This document shows, piece after piece, positions 12,103 to 23,831 of a DNA stretch of 64,000 bases. The translations under genes and the position numbers were made by a program. This DNA is from Escherichia coli. GTDB lineage: Bacteria; Pseudomonadota; Gammaproteobacteria; Enterobacterales; Enterobacteriaceae. The notes below the pieces were generated by a model. That model was not told where the DNA came from. It ran no database searches and saw only the letters and a list, made by a program, of their open reading frames with translations. Each line of letters begins with the position of its first letter. The first letter of the stretch is position 1. The stretch is taken from the NCBI RefSeq assembly GCF_003790525.1, contig NZ_CP033635.1. The stretch is one strand, 5' to 3'.

Positions 12103-14532
12103 TCACGAATACTTTTTCGTTCGTCGCGTTGGTGCGGTGTTTGCCGGGTCGTCCGGCCAGACATGTTTGGGATAACGCCCTTTCATCTCTTTTTGCACCT
12201 CACGGTACGCTCCTTTCCAGAAGGCGCTCAAATCACGCGTGATTTGCAGCGGCCTTTGGGCAGGGGAAAGTAACTCCAGCACCAGCGGCACGCGCCCCTG
12301 GGCGATCGTCGGATTGGTGGCCGCGCCAAACATCTCCTGCATTCTCACCGCCAGCGCGGGCGGGTTATCTTCATGATAACGAATGGCGATCCGGCTTCCC
12401 GTCGGCACAGTGTAATGCGCAGGCAATTCACTATCCAGACGTTGCTGCATTACCCAATCAAGTAATCCACGCAGTGCCTGATAAATATCGAGTGATTTCA
12501 AGCCGCGTAGCGAATGTACGCCTGTCATATGCGGCAGTAGCCACGTTTCCAGCGTCGCCAACAAACTCTCATCATCAACCGCTGGCCAGTCATATTCCGG
12601 CAACCACTTTGCGGCGCATAACAAACGCAAGCGTAGCTGTTCCGCTTCCGCCGTCCAGTTGAGCACGCTTAAACCTTTATCACGAATGCCGTTAAGCATC
12701 GCCTGATGCAACTCGTCTTCCGAGGGTTTCGCCAGTGGCTGCACTTTCACCATCAACTGACCGATTTGCAGCCGACGCCAGGCTTTCAGCGTACCTTGCG
12801 CGTCATCCCACTCCACGGTGTCCGATTGCTGTACCAGCTGCGGGCAGCGTTGTACTAACTCATCAATATCGACCGGTAGCGCCAGTAAAATCCGCGCATC
12901 CGGCGAGGCGCTGCCCTGCAATAATAACGGTGCGATCAACCATTCGTGGCGGCTTAGCGCATCGTCGGCATCGAGCATCGCCCCCATGCCGTTCGCCAGT
13001 TGATAGCGTTCATCTTGCCCACGGCGACGAGCAATGCGATCGGCATACGCTCTGGCAAGTAGCGGCGCGATAAGCGAACTGTCTGCCTCACCGCCGCGTA
13101 CGTTTAAGCGTTTTAACAGTTGCTGACTACGTTGCTGCCAGGCGGGTTGATTGCGCGAAAACGCCACGCCCAGGTCACTATTGCCCATCCGTGGCGGCTC
13201 TTCGAGAATGGCGGCAATTTTTGCCGCGGTAGCAGCTTCGTCGTCGCTCTTCGCGCTCACCAGCATTGCCGCTAAACGCGGATCGTTCCCCAGCGCTGCC
13301 ATTTTTTGCCCTTGCGCACTAAGCCGTTCACCGTCCAGCGCCCCCAGCATCCGTAACAGGCGTTTCGCGGCCAGTAGATTCACCGTTGGCGGTTGATCCA
13401 GCCAGCTCATCTGCGCCGGATCGCTGCATCCCCATTGCAGTAATTCCATCAGCAAACAGGAAAGATCGCTTTGTAATATTTCCGGTTCACTTTGCGCCGC
13501 GGCGCGTTCTGCTTGTTCTTTGGCGATTAAATGCAGGCAGATACCCGGATCCAGACGCCCGGCACGCCCGGCACGCTGCGTCATCGACGCCTGACTAACG
13601 CGTTGAGTAACCAGCCGCGTAAGCCCTGTACGCGGATCAAAACGCGCCACACGTTCCTGAGCACAATCCACCACCAGACGAATACCTTCGATGGTTAAAC
13701 TGGTTTCAGCAATATTGGTCGCCAGCACCACTTTGCGCATCCCTTGCGGTGCCGGGAGGATCGCTTTTCGCTGATCGTTCAGCGACAACGCGCCATACAG
13801 CGGGCAGAGCAACACATCACTGCCGATGCGCGAAGCCAGTTGTTCCTGCACACGCTGAATTTCTCCGACGCCAGGTAAAAATAACAGTAATGATCCGCTT
13901 TCCTGACGCAGCATTTCGGCGGTGGCTACCGCAACGGCTTCGTCAAAACGCTGATGCGCGGGCAGTGGTAAATAACGGCGTTCAACCGGAAACGAGCGCC
14001 CTTCTGAGATGATGACGGGCGCTTCTGGCAGCATTTGCTGCAAGCGGTCGTTGTCCAGCGTAGCCGACATAATCAGCAGTTTAAGGTCATCACGCAGACC
14101 TTGTTGCACATCGAGTAACAGCGCCAACGCCAAATCCGCCTGCAAACTGCGCTCATGAAACTCATCGAGGATCACCAATCCAACACCGCTCAGTTCCGGG
14201 TCACGCTGGATCATGCGCGTCAGCACGCCTTCGGTAACCACTTCCAGGCGGGTATTCGGCCCGACGCAGTTTTGCGCACGCATCCGGTAGCCAACGGTAT
14301 CGCCTGGCTTTTCGTTAAGCAGCTCCGCCAGCCGTTGCGCAACGTTACGCGCCGCCAGACGACGCGGCTCCAGCAGGATAACTTTCCCGTTAATGCCTGG
14401 ATGCGCCAGCAGTTGCAGCGGCAGCCAGGTTGATTTCCCGGCCCCGGTCGGCGCACTTAATAACACCTGCGATGCACCATCGAGGGCAGCAAGTAACTCA
14501 GGTAAGACGGCAGCAACGGGCAACGACGACAC
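12103..14532 (-). CDS. hrpB: ATP-dependent RNA helicase HrpB (DEAH-box)
   Basis: Walker A APTGAGKST and DEFH box; start assigned to GTG (VSSLPVAAV) giving 809 aa. Confidence 0.85.
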   Translation of the reverse strand: MSSLPVAAVLPELLAALDGASQVLLSAPTGAGKSTWLPLQLLAHPGINGKVILLEPRRLAARNVAQRLAELLNEKPGDTVGYRMRAQNCVGPNTRLEVVTEGVLTRMIQRDPELSGVGLVILDEFHERSLQADLALALLLDVQQGLRDDLKLLIMSATLDNDRLQQMLPEAPVIISEGRSFPVERRYLPLPAHQRFDEAVAVATAEMLRQESGSLLLFLPGVGEIQRVQEQLASRIGSDVLLCPLYGALSLNDQRKAILPAPQGMRKVVLATNIAETSLTIEGIRLVVDCAQERVARFDPRTGLTRLVTQRVSQASMTQRAGRAGRLDPGICLHLIAKEQAERAAAQSEPEILQSDLSCLLMELLQWGCSDPAQMSWLDQPPTVNLLAAKRLLRMLGALDGERLSAQGQKMAALGNDPRLAAMLVSAKSDDEAATAAKIAAILEEPPRMGNSDLGVAFSRNQPAWQQRSQQLLKRLNVRGGEADSSLIAPLLARAYADRIARRRGQDERYQLANGMGAMLDADDALSRHEWLIAPLLLQGSASPDARILLALPVDIDELVQRCPQLVQQSDTVEWDDAQGTLKAWRRLQIGQLMVKVQPLAKPSEDELHQAMLNGIRDKGLSVLNWTAEAEQLRLRLLCAAKWLPEYDWPAVDDESLLATLETWLLPHMTGVHSLRGLKSLDIYQALRGLLDWVMQQRLDSELPAHYTVPTGSRIAIRYHEDNPPALAVRMQEMFGAATNPTIAQGRVPLVLELLSPAQRPLQITRDLSAFWKGAYREVQKEMKGRYPKHVWPDDPANTAPTRRTKKYS

Positions 14533-14605
14533 AAAACGCTCCAGAGGGTTAACATTCTTCGCGCCACATTGTAGCATCGCGGTAATTCATAACCGAGTGC
14601 CTCAC

Positions 14606-15855
<1,250 letters not shown>

Positions 15856-16032
15856 TAGAGTAAGTAACTGGTTAATTTACATTCTGGTCGCGTGCGCAAA
15901 TACGCTTTTCCTCACACAGTTGTCAAGTGTTACGTTTAGATAATTGCTATCCGGAAAAGCATCTGCTATTTATAGCGGCCTCATTTTTCCCCCGAACATG
16001 GGGATCGATAGTGCGTGTTAAGGAGAAGCAAC

Positions 16033-16488
16033 ATGCAAGAAGGGCAAAACCGTAAAACATCGTCCCTGAGTATTCTCGCCATCGCTGGGGTGGAGCCATA
16101 TCAGGAGAAGCCGGGCGAAGAGTATATGAATGAAGCCCAGCTGGCGCACTTCCGTCGTATTCTGGAAGCATGGCGTAATCAACTCAGGGATGAAGTCGAT
16201 CGCACCGTTACACATATGCAGGATGAAGCAGCCAACTTCCCGGACCCGGTAGACCGTGCAGCCCAGGAAGAAGAGTTCAGCCTCGAACTGCGTAACCGCG
16301 ATCGCGAGCGTAAGCTGATCAAAAAGATCGAGAAGACGCTGAAAAAAGTGGAAGACGAAGATTTCGGCTACTGCGAATCCTGCGGTGTTGAAATTGGTAT
16401 TCGCCGTCTGGAAGCGCGCCCGACAGCCGATCTGTGCATCGACTGCAAAACGCTGGCTGAAATTCGCGAAAAACAGATGGCTGGCTAA
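16033..16488 (+). CDS. dksA: RNA polymerase-binding transcription factor DksA
   Basis: [23 protein letters not shown]... with C4 zinc finger CESCGVEI...CIDC; 151 aa. Confidence 0.92.
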   Translation: MQEGQNRKTSSLSILAIAGVEPYQEKPGEEYMNEAQLAHFRRILEAWRNQLRDEVDRTVTHMQDEAANFPDPVDRAAQEEEFSLELRNRDRERKLIKKIEKTLKKVEDEDFGYCESCGVEIGIRRLEARPTADLCIDCKTLAEIREKQMAG

Positions 16489-16516
16489 TTACAGCCGTTC
16501 CATCACGTTTACCACA

Positions 16517-16544
16517 GGCGGGAAATGCTCCCGCCTTATTTTTT
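16517..16544 (+). terminator. Intrinsic terminator after dksA
   Basis: ggcggga-aatgc-tcccgcc stem-loop followed by ttatttttt. Confidence 0.7.
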
Positions 16545-16554
16545 GTTCAAAGAG

Positions 16555-17451
16555 ATGACAGACACACACTATATTGGCCGCTTCGCCCCCTCTCCTTCCG
16601 GCGAGCTTCATTTTGGTTCTCTGATTGCCGCGCTTGGCAGCTATTTGCAGGCTCGCGCCCGGCAAGGTCGCTGGCTGGTACGCATAGAAGATATCGACCC
16701 GCCTCGTGAAGTTCCCGGTGCCGCAGAGACTATCCTGCGCCAGCTGGAACATTACGGCCTGCACTGGGACGGCGACGTTCTCTGGCAATCGCAACGTCAC
16801 CACGCCTATCGCGAAGCACTCGCCTGGTTATATGAGCAAGGACTAAGTTATTACTGCACCTGCACGCGTGCGCGTATTCAAAGCATTGGCGGTATTTACG
16901 ACGGTCATTGCCGGGATTTGCATCATGGACCAGACAACGCGGCTGTGCGAATTCGGCAGTTGCATCCGGTCACGCAGTTTACTGATCAACTACGCGGAAT
17001 TATTCACGCCGACGAAAAACTGGCGCAAGAAGATTTTATTATTCATCGTCGTGATGGTTTGTTTGCCTATAACCTGGCGGTGGTGGTCGATGATCACTTC
17101 CAGGGCGTCACAGAAATTGTTCGTGGGGCAGATTTGATTGAACCGACAGTGCGACAAATCTCGCTGTACCAGCTTTTTGGCTGGAAAGTGCCAGATTACA
17201 TTCATTTACCGCTGGCGCTTAACACACAAGGCGCTAAACTTTCCAAGCAGAATCATGCGCCTGCGTTGCCGAAAGGCGATCCGCGCCCGGTGTTAATCGC
17301 GGCACTTCATTTTCTGGGTCAGCAGGTAGAAACACACTGGCAGGATTTCAGCGTCGAGCAAATCCTTCAGTCAGCCGTCAAAAACTGGACGCTGACTGCC
17401 GTGCCTGAGTCGGCAATTGTAAATTCAACATTCTCAAATGCGTCATGCTGA
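16555..17451 (+). CDS. gluQ: Glutamyl-queuosine tRNA(Asp) synthetase (GluRS paralog)
   Basis: [26 protein letters not shown] (class I HIGH-like motif); upstream ATG at 16525 lies inside the dksA terminator loop so the downstream Met is preferred. Confidence 0.8.
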   Translation: MTDTHYIGRFAPSPSGELHFGSLIAALGSYLQARARQGRWLVRIEDIDPPREVPGAAETILRQLEHYGLHWDGDVLWQSQRHHAYREALAWLYEQGLSYYCTCTRARIQSIGGIYDGHCRDLHHGPDNAAVRIRQLHPVTQFTDQLRGIIHADEKLAQEDFIIHRRDGLFAYNLAVVVDDHFQGVTEIVRGADLIEPTVRQISLYQLFGWKVPDYIHLPLALNTQGAKLSKQNHAPALPKGDPRPVLIAALHFLGQQVETHWQDFSVEQILQSAVKNWTLTAVPESAIVNSTFSNASC

Positions 17452-17510
17452 GCTATGATTAGCCGCTATTTTTTTGTCCTGAATGATGTTTGACACTACC
17501 GAGGTGTACT

Positions 17511-18908
17511 ATTTTTACCCGAGTCGCTAATTTTTGCCGCAAGGTGCTAAGCCGCGAGGAAAGCGAGGCTGAACAGGCAGTCGCCCGTCCACAGGTGACG
17601 GTGATCCCGCGTGAGCAGCATGCTATTTCCCGCAAAGATATCAGTGAAAATGCCCTGAAGGTAATGTACAGGCTCAATAAAGCGGGATACGAAGCCTGGC
17701 TGGTTGGCGGCGGCGTGCGCGACCTGTTACTTGGCAAAAAGCCGAAAGATTTTGACGTGACCACCAACGCCACGCCAGAGCAGGTGCGCAAACTGTTCCG
17801 TAACTGCCGCCTGGTGGGTCGCCGTTTCCGTCTGGCTCATGTGATGTTTGGCCCGGAGATTATCGAAGTTGCGACCTTCCGTGGACATCACGAAGGTAAC
17901 GTCAGCGATCGCACGACCTCCCAACGCGGGCAAAACGGTATGTTGCTGCGCGACAACATTTTCGGCTCCATCGAAGAAGACGCCCAGCGCCGCGATTTCA
18001 CTATCAACAGCCTGTATTACAGCGTGGCAGATTTTACCGTCCGTGATTACGTTGGCGGCATGAAGGATCTGAAAGACGGCGTTATCCGTCTGATTGGTAA
18101 CCCGGAAACGCGCTACCGTGAAGATCCGGTACGGATGCTTCGCGCGGTTCGTTTTGCCGCCAAATTGGGCATGCGCATCAGCCCGGAAACTGCCGAGCCG
18201 ATCCCACGCCTGGCAACCTTACTGAACGATATCCCACCGGCACGTCTGTTTGAAGAATCGCTGAAACTGTTGCAAGCGGGCTACGGTTACGAAACTTATA
18301 AGCTGCTGTGTGAATATCATCTGTTCCAGCCGCTGTTTCCGACCATTACCCGCTACTTCACGGAAAATGGCGACAGCCCGATGGAGCGGATCATTGAACA
18401 GGTGCTGAAGAATACCGATACGCGTATCCATAACGATATGCGCGTGAACCCGGCGTTCCTGTTTGCCGCCATGTTCTGGTACCCATTGCTGGAGACGGCA
18501 CAGAAGATCGCCCAGGAAAGCGGCCTGACCTATCACGACGCTTTCGCACTGGCGATGAACGACGTGCTGGACGAAGCCTGCCGTTCACTGGCGATCCCGA
18601 AACGTCTGACTACGCTAACTCGCGATATCTGGCAGTTGCAGTTGCGTATGTCCCGTCGTCAGGGAAAACGCGCATGGAAACTGCTGGAGCATCCTAAGTT
18701 CCGTGCGGCATACGACCTGTTGGCCTTACGAGCCGAAGTTGAGCGTAACGCTGAACTGCAACGTCTGGTGAAATGGTGGGGTGAGTTCCAGGTTTCCGCG
18801 CCGCCAGACCAAAAAGGGATGCTTAACGAACTGGATGAAGAACCGTCACCGCGTCGTCGTACTCGTCGTCCACGCAAACGCGCACCGCGTCGTGAGGGTA
18901 CCGCATGA
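17511..18908 (+). CDS. pcnB: Poly(A) polymerase I
   Basis: Nucleotidyltransferase ORF; start assigned to the known non-canonical AUU codon ([12 protein letters not shown]); track ORF begins at an upstream TTG. Confidence 0.8.
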
Positions 18909-19384
18909 CAGTGGCGTATATTGCCATAGGCAGCAATCTGGCCTCTCCGCTGGAGCAGGTCAATGCTGCTCTGAAAGCATTAGGCGATATTCCAGAAAGC
19001 CGCATTCTTGCTGTTTCTTCGTTTTACCGCACCCCACCGCTGGGGCCGCAAGATCAACCCGATTACTTAAATGCAGCCGTCGCGCTGGAAACCACTCTTG
19101 CCCCTGAAGAGCTACTCAATCACACACAACGTATCGAATTGCAGCAAGGTCGCGTCCGTAAAGCTGAACGCTGGGGACCGCGCACGCTGGATCTCGACAT
19201 CATGCTGTTTGGTAATGAAGTAATAAATACCGAACGTCTGACCGTTCCGCACTACGATATGAAAAATCGTGGCTTTATGCTGTGGCCACTGTTTGAAATT
19301 GCGCCGGAGTTAGTGTTTCCTGATGGGGAGACGTTGCGTCAAATCTTACATACAAGAGCATTTGAAAAATTAAGCAAATGGTAA
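18905..19384 (+). CDS. folK: 6-hydroxymethyl-7,8-dihydropterin pyrophosphokinase
   Basis: 159-aa [22 protein letters not shown]; start overlaps pcnB stop (ATGA). Confidence 0.92.
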
Positions 19385-19544
19385 TTTATTTATATTACGA
19401 ATATAAATATTTTCTGAAAATCACACCGACTCTCTTTCCTTAATAACGATTTTAGTTTAAAAATTTTTTATAGAAACATAATATAAATTCCCGCTGAGAA
19501 ATATCAATCCCATCGCCATACCCTAACTAATTGCACTTGTGAAC

Positions 19545-19579
19545 TTAAATTTACTTAATCTTGAATTAAGTAAATTTAA
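19545..19579. promoter_or_regulatory. Perfect 15-bp inverted repeat in AT-rich yadN upstream region
   Basis: TTAAATTTACTTAAT-cttga-ATTAAGTAAATTTAA, about 175 bp upstream of the yadN start. Confidence 0.45.
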
Positions 19580-19754
19580 TTTGTTCAAAAGCTTCTAAAG
19601 TGCACAATAGGCAACCTAATGAACAATGGTTGTAAATTTTGGTAACAAACATCATTGCTCATTAATATCTAACATTTGTTTCTTATATTCGTGTCATGAA
19701 TAGTTACTCTTCAAACATGTAGTCTGACTAATGGAATTTTATTCAAGGATTTTT

Positions 19755-20339
19755 ATGTCTAAAAAATTAGGTTTTGCCCTGTCTGGTCTTATGCTGGCAA
19801 TGGTTGCAGGTAATGCTTCTGCTGCACTGGACGGTGGCCAATTAAATATCAGTGGTCTGGTAGTTGATAACACCTGTGAAACCCGTGTTGATGGTGGCAA
19901 CAAAGATGGCCTGGTGCTTCTGCAAACTGCAACTGTTGCTGAAATCAGTGCTGGCGTACTGAATGACACCGTAGGTGCTAAAGCTAAACCTTTCAGCATC
20001 ACCGTTGACTGCAGCAATGCAAACCCGAATCCTGGTAGCACCGCAAAAATGACCTTCGGTTCCGTGTTCTTTGGCAACAGCAAAGGGACTCTGAACAACG
20101 ATATGTCTATTAACACGCCTTCTGACGGCGTAAATATTGCCCTGCACAATATTGATGGTTCCACTATCAAACAGGTTCAAATTAACAACCCAGGCGATAT
20201 TTACACAAAAACGCTGGACGCTACGACTAAATCTGCAACCTATGATTTTAAAGCATCCTATGTCCGTGCTGAAGCAAGCCAGGCACCAACTGCTGGTTAT
20301 GTTAAAACCAACACTGCATATACCATTACTTACCAGTAA
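19755..20339 (+). CDS. yadN: Fimbrial major subunit-like protein YadN (chaperone-usher pilin)
   Basis: 194-aa ORF with signal peptide [23 protein letters not shown] and pilin-like C-terminus ...AYTITYQ. Confidence 0.85.
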   Translation: MSKKLGFALSGLMLAMVAGNASAALDGGQLNISGLVVDNTCETRVDGGNKDGLVLLQTATVAEISAGVLNDTVGAKAKPFSITVDCSNANPNPGSTAKMTFGSVFFGNSKGTLNNDMSINTPSDGVNIALHNIDGSTIKQVQINNPGDIYTKTLDATTKSATYDFKASYVRAEASQAPTAGYVKTNTAYTITYQ

Positions 20340-20371
20340 TCCTTCGTTAGATTCATAAACTGAATATCTAT

Positions 20372-20406
20372 GGGAGTAACTTTCTTAATAGTGGAATGTT
20401 ACTCCC
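20372..20406 (+). terminator. Stem-loop after yadN (possible attenuator)
   Basis: gggagtaac / gttactccc 9-bp stem, 17-nt loop, followed by tattttaatt. Confidence 0.5.
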
Positions 20407-20436
20407 TATTTTAATTAACTCTGTCGGGAATGGTTT

Positions 20437-21177
20437 ATGTTTTTAAACGCTAAACATACTGCAGCTGTATGCTTCGCCACTTGTATGAGCTTAAGCGCAT
20501 CGGCAATAGCAGATATCGTAATTTCAGGAACTCGCGTAATTTATAAAAGTAATGAAAAAAGCGTTAATGTTCGGCTGGAAAATAAGGGGAATAATCCGTT
20601 ACTCGTTCAGAGCTGGCTGGATACTGGCGACGATAGTGCTGAACCAGGGAGTATTACTGTCCCATTTACCGCCACCCCTCCTGTTTCGCGAATTGATGCC
20701 AAACGTGGTCAAACTATTAAATTGATGTACACGGCTTCCTCACCGCTGCCAAAAGACCGAGAAAGTGTTTTCTGGTTTAACGTACTCGAGGTTCCACCCA
20801 AACCTGACGCAGATAAAGTCGCCAACCAGAGTCTTCTGCAATTGGCATTCCGTACGCGTATCAAATTATTTTATCGCCCGGAAGGTTTAAACGGACTGCC
20901 ATCAGATGCACCCGCAGCACTGAAATGGTCATGGGCAACCTCTGCTGGAAAAACTGCATTGCGCGTCGCAAATCCGACACCGTATCACGTCTCATTCAGT
21001 AGTGGTGATTTAGTCGCCAATGGCAAAACCTACCCCCTGGATGTAAAAATGGTAGCCCCGCTGAGTGAAGAAACCTTCGATATAAAAGGCATGAGTGGTA
21101 AAGCAAGTTCTGCCAAAGTGCATTTCTTCGCCATAAATGACTTTGGTGGTGCAATTGAAGGCAATGCCAGCCTGTAA
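20437..21177 (+). CDS. yadV: Periplasmic fimbrial chaperone (PapD-like)
   Basis: 246-aa ORF with signal peptide and pilus chaperone fold motifs (RVIY, LVQSWLD). Confidence 0.85.
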   Translation: MFLNAKHTAAVCFATCMSLSASAIADIVISGTRVIYKSNEKSVNVRLENKGNNPLLVQSWLDTGDDSAEPGSITVPFTATPPVSRIDAKRGQTIKLMYTASSPLPKDRESVFWFNVLEVPPKPDADKVANQSLLQLAFRTRIKLFYRPEGLNGLPSDAPAALKWSWATSAGKTALRVANPTPYHVSFSSGDLVANGKTYPLDVKMVAPLSEETFDIKGMSGKASSAKVHFFAINDFGGAIEGNASL

Positions 21178-21211
21178 CTAAATCAGGAATAAACGCAGCA
21201 GGAAGCACAAC

Positions 21212-23812
21212 GTGTCCCGAAAAATCATAAAAACGCATAATAACAAACTTACATATATAGCCTCGTTTTGCGCATTGCTATTAAGCCCCTGTGCCATAAG
21301 CGCTGAACACGTTGAATATGATAATACCTTTTTGATGGGGCAAGATGCTTTTAACATCGACCTTAGTCGGTATACCGAAGGTAACCCTACCTTGCCCGGC
21401 GTGTATGACGTCAGTGTTTATATCAATGATCAACCGGTTATCAACCAAAGCATTTCCTTTATTACCCTCGAAGGTAAGAAGAATGCGCAGGCTTGTATCA
21501 CCCTGAAGAATTTATTGCAGTTTCACATTAATAAACCAGATATAAATGCCGAGAATTCCATCCTTCTACAGCGCGAAGGCGAACTCGGAGATTGTCTTGA
21601 TTTAGCAAATATCATTCCTCAGGCCTCGGTTCATTATGACGTCAACGATCAACGACTGGACATCAATGTTCCTCAAGCCTGGGTAATGAAGAATTACCAA
21701 AACTATGTTGACTCTTCACTGTGGGAAAACGGTATTAACGCCGCAATGCTAGCCTACAACGTCAACGCATATCACAGCGAAATTCCGGACAGAAAAAACG
21801 ACAGTGTTTACGCCGCATTTAACGGCGGTATAAATCTGGGGGCATGGCGACTTCGCGCAACCGGCAACTACAACTGGATGACCAATGTAGGCAGTGATTA
21901 CGATTTTCAGAATCGCTATTTGCAGCGCGACCTGGCCTCTTTGCGTTCACAGTTAATAGTGGGTGAGTCATACACAACTGGGGAAACCTTTGATGCTGTC
22001 AGTATTCGCGGTATTCGTTTATACAGCGACAGCCGAATGCTACCGCCTGCGTTAGCTAGTTTTGCGCCTATTATTCATGGTGTCGCTAACACCAACGCAA
22101 AAGTCACCATTACCCAGGGCGGGTATAAAATATATGAAACTACTGTACCGCCGGGAGCATTTGTTATTGATGATTTAAGCCCATCAGGCTACGGCAGCGA
22201 TCTCATTATCACAATCGAAGAATCTGATGGCATAAAACGAACTTTTTCCCAGCCATTTTCTTCGGTAATTCAGATGCAACGCCCTGGTGTTGGAAGATGG
22301 GACATCAGTGCTGGTCAGGTATTAAAAGACGATATTCAAAATGAGCCAAATTTGTTCCAGGCCAGCTACTACTATGGTCTGAACAACTATCTTACAGGTT
22401 ATACCGGTATTCAAATTACCGATAATAACTATACTGCCGGGCTGTTGGGCCTTGGCCTGAATACCGCGTACGGTGCGTTTTCAGTCGATGTAACCCACTC
22501 GGATGTGCAAATTCCGGACGATAAAACCTACCGCGGGCAAAGTTATCGCATCTCCTGGAATAAGTTATTTGAAGATACCAGAACCTCGCTCAATATCGCC
22601 GCTTACCGTTATTCAACCCAGAATTATCTGGGGCTTAACGATGCACTGACATTGATCGATGAAGTAAAACATCCGGAACAGGACCTGGAACCTAAAAATA
22701 TGCGTAACTATTCACGCATGAAAAATCAGGTTACGGTTAGTATTAACCAACCCCTCAAGTTTGAAAAGAAAGACTATGGCTCATTCTATCTTGCCGGAAG
22801 TTGGTCTGACTATTGGGCGGACGGACAAAATAATACTAACTACTCCATTGGTTATAGTAACAGCGCATCGTGGGGAAGCTACAGCATTAGTGCCCAACGG
22901 TCCTGGAGCCAGGACGGCGGTAATGAAGACAGCATCTATCTAAGCTTTAGCATTCCTATCGAAAAGTTACTGGGTTCAGAACATCGCGACTCTGGTTTTC
23001 AGAGCATTGATACTCAGTTAAATAGTGATTTCAACGGCAGCAATCAACTCAGTATCAGCAGTAGTGGTTATAGCACCGAAAACCATATCAGTTATAGCGT
23101 CAATACAGGCTATTCGATGATGAAATCCAGTGATGATTTGGGCTATATCGGCGGATATGCAAGCTATGAATCTCCCTGGGGAACTCTTTCCAGTTCAGTT
23201 TCCGCAAGCAGTGATAATAGCCGTCAAATCTCATTTAATACCGACGGCGGATTTGTTTTACATAGCGGCGGCCTGACCTTCAGTAATGACAGCTTTAGCG
23301 ACTCAGACACTCTGGCCGTTGTACAAGCGCCAGGAGCTAAAGGGGCGCGTATTAACTATGGTAATAGTACGATAGATCGTTGGGGATATGGTGTTACTAA
23401 CGCGCTCTCCCCTTATCATGAAAACCGAATTGCACTCGATATTAACGGTCTGGAAAATGACGTTGAATTGAAAAGTACCAGTGCTATTACTGTCCCCCGC
23501 CAAGGGTCTGTTGTCTTTGCTGGTTTTGAAACAGTTCAGGGACAATCAGCGATTATGAACATCAAGCGAACTGACGGTAAAAACATTCCGTTTGCCGCAG
23601 ATATTTATGACGAGAACGGAAATATTATTGGCAATGTAGGGCAAGGTGGTCAGGCCTTTGTTCGAGGTATAGAACAACAAGGTAACATACGTATCAACTG
23701 GCTTGACGACGGTAAACCTGTCACTTGCCTTGCTCATTACCAGCAGAGCACAGCACCAGAAAAAATAGCGCAAACTATTATTCTGAATGGAATTAGTTGT
23801 CAGATTCAGTAA
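21212..23812 (+). CDS. htrE: Outer membrane fimbrial usher HtrE
   Basis: 866-aa ORF, GTG start, usher-family features; follows the chaperone gene. Confidence 0.88.
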   Translation: MSRKIIKTHNNKLTYIASFCALLLSPCAISAEHVEYDNTFLMGQDAFNIDLSRYTEGNPTLPGVYDVSVYINDQPVINQSISFITLEGKKNAQACITLKNLLQFHINKPDINAENSILLQREGELGDCLDLANIIPQASVHYDVNDQRLDINVPQAWVMKNYQNYVDSSLWENGINAAMLAYNVNAYHSEIPDRKNDSVYAAFNGGINLGAWRLRATGNYNWMTNVGSDYDFQNRYLQRDLASLRSQLIVGESYTTGETFDAVSIRGIRLYSDSRMLPPALASFAPIIHGVANTNAKVTITQGGYKIYETTVPPGAFVIDDLSPSGYGSDLIITIEESDGIKRTFSQPFSSVIQMQRPGVGRWDISAGQVLKDDIQNEPNLFQASYYYGLNNYLTGYTGIQITDNNYTAGLLGLGLNTAYGAFSVDVTHSDVQIPDDKTYRGQSYRISWNKLFEDTRTSLNIAAYRYSTQNYLGLNDALTLIDEVKHPEQDLEPKNMRNYSRMKNQVTVSINQPLKFEKKDYGSFYLAGSWSDYWADGQNNTNYSIGYSNSASWGSYSISAQRSWSQDGGNEDSIYLSFSIPIEKLLGSEHRDSGFQSIDTQLNSDFNGSNQLSISSSGYSTENHISYSVNTGYSMMKSSDDLGYIGGYASYESPWGTLSSSVSASSDNSRQISFNTDGGFVLHSGGLTFSNDSFSDSDTLAVVQAPGAKGARINYGNSTIDRWGYGVTNALSPYHENRIALDINGLENDVELKSTSAITVPRQGSVVFAGFETVQGQSAIMNIKRTDGKNIPFAADIYDENGNIIGNVGQGGQAFVRGIEQQGNIRINWLDDGKPVTCLAHYQQSTAPEKIAQTIILNGISCQIQ

Positions 23813-23831
23813 CAACAGGGAATTTCACATA

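Noticed and set aside
16525-16554. Upstream extensions of ORFs in the six-frame track (gluQ, plus fhuC, hrpB, thpR, dksA, hpt, gcd, cueO, yacC, yacL, acnB, lpd, pdhR, ampE, nadC, yadN, yadM, yadL, yadC)
   Set aside because: The track reports the longest ORF, including TTG/GTG codons. Starts were trimmed to the Met or GTG matching the conserved N-terminus or signal peptide; the extensions lack a ribosome-binding site or overlap terminators and promoters.
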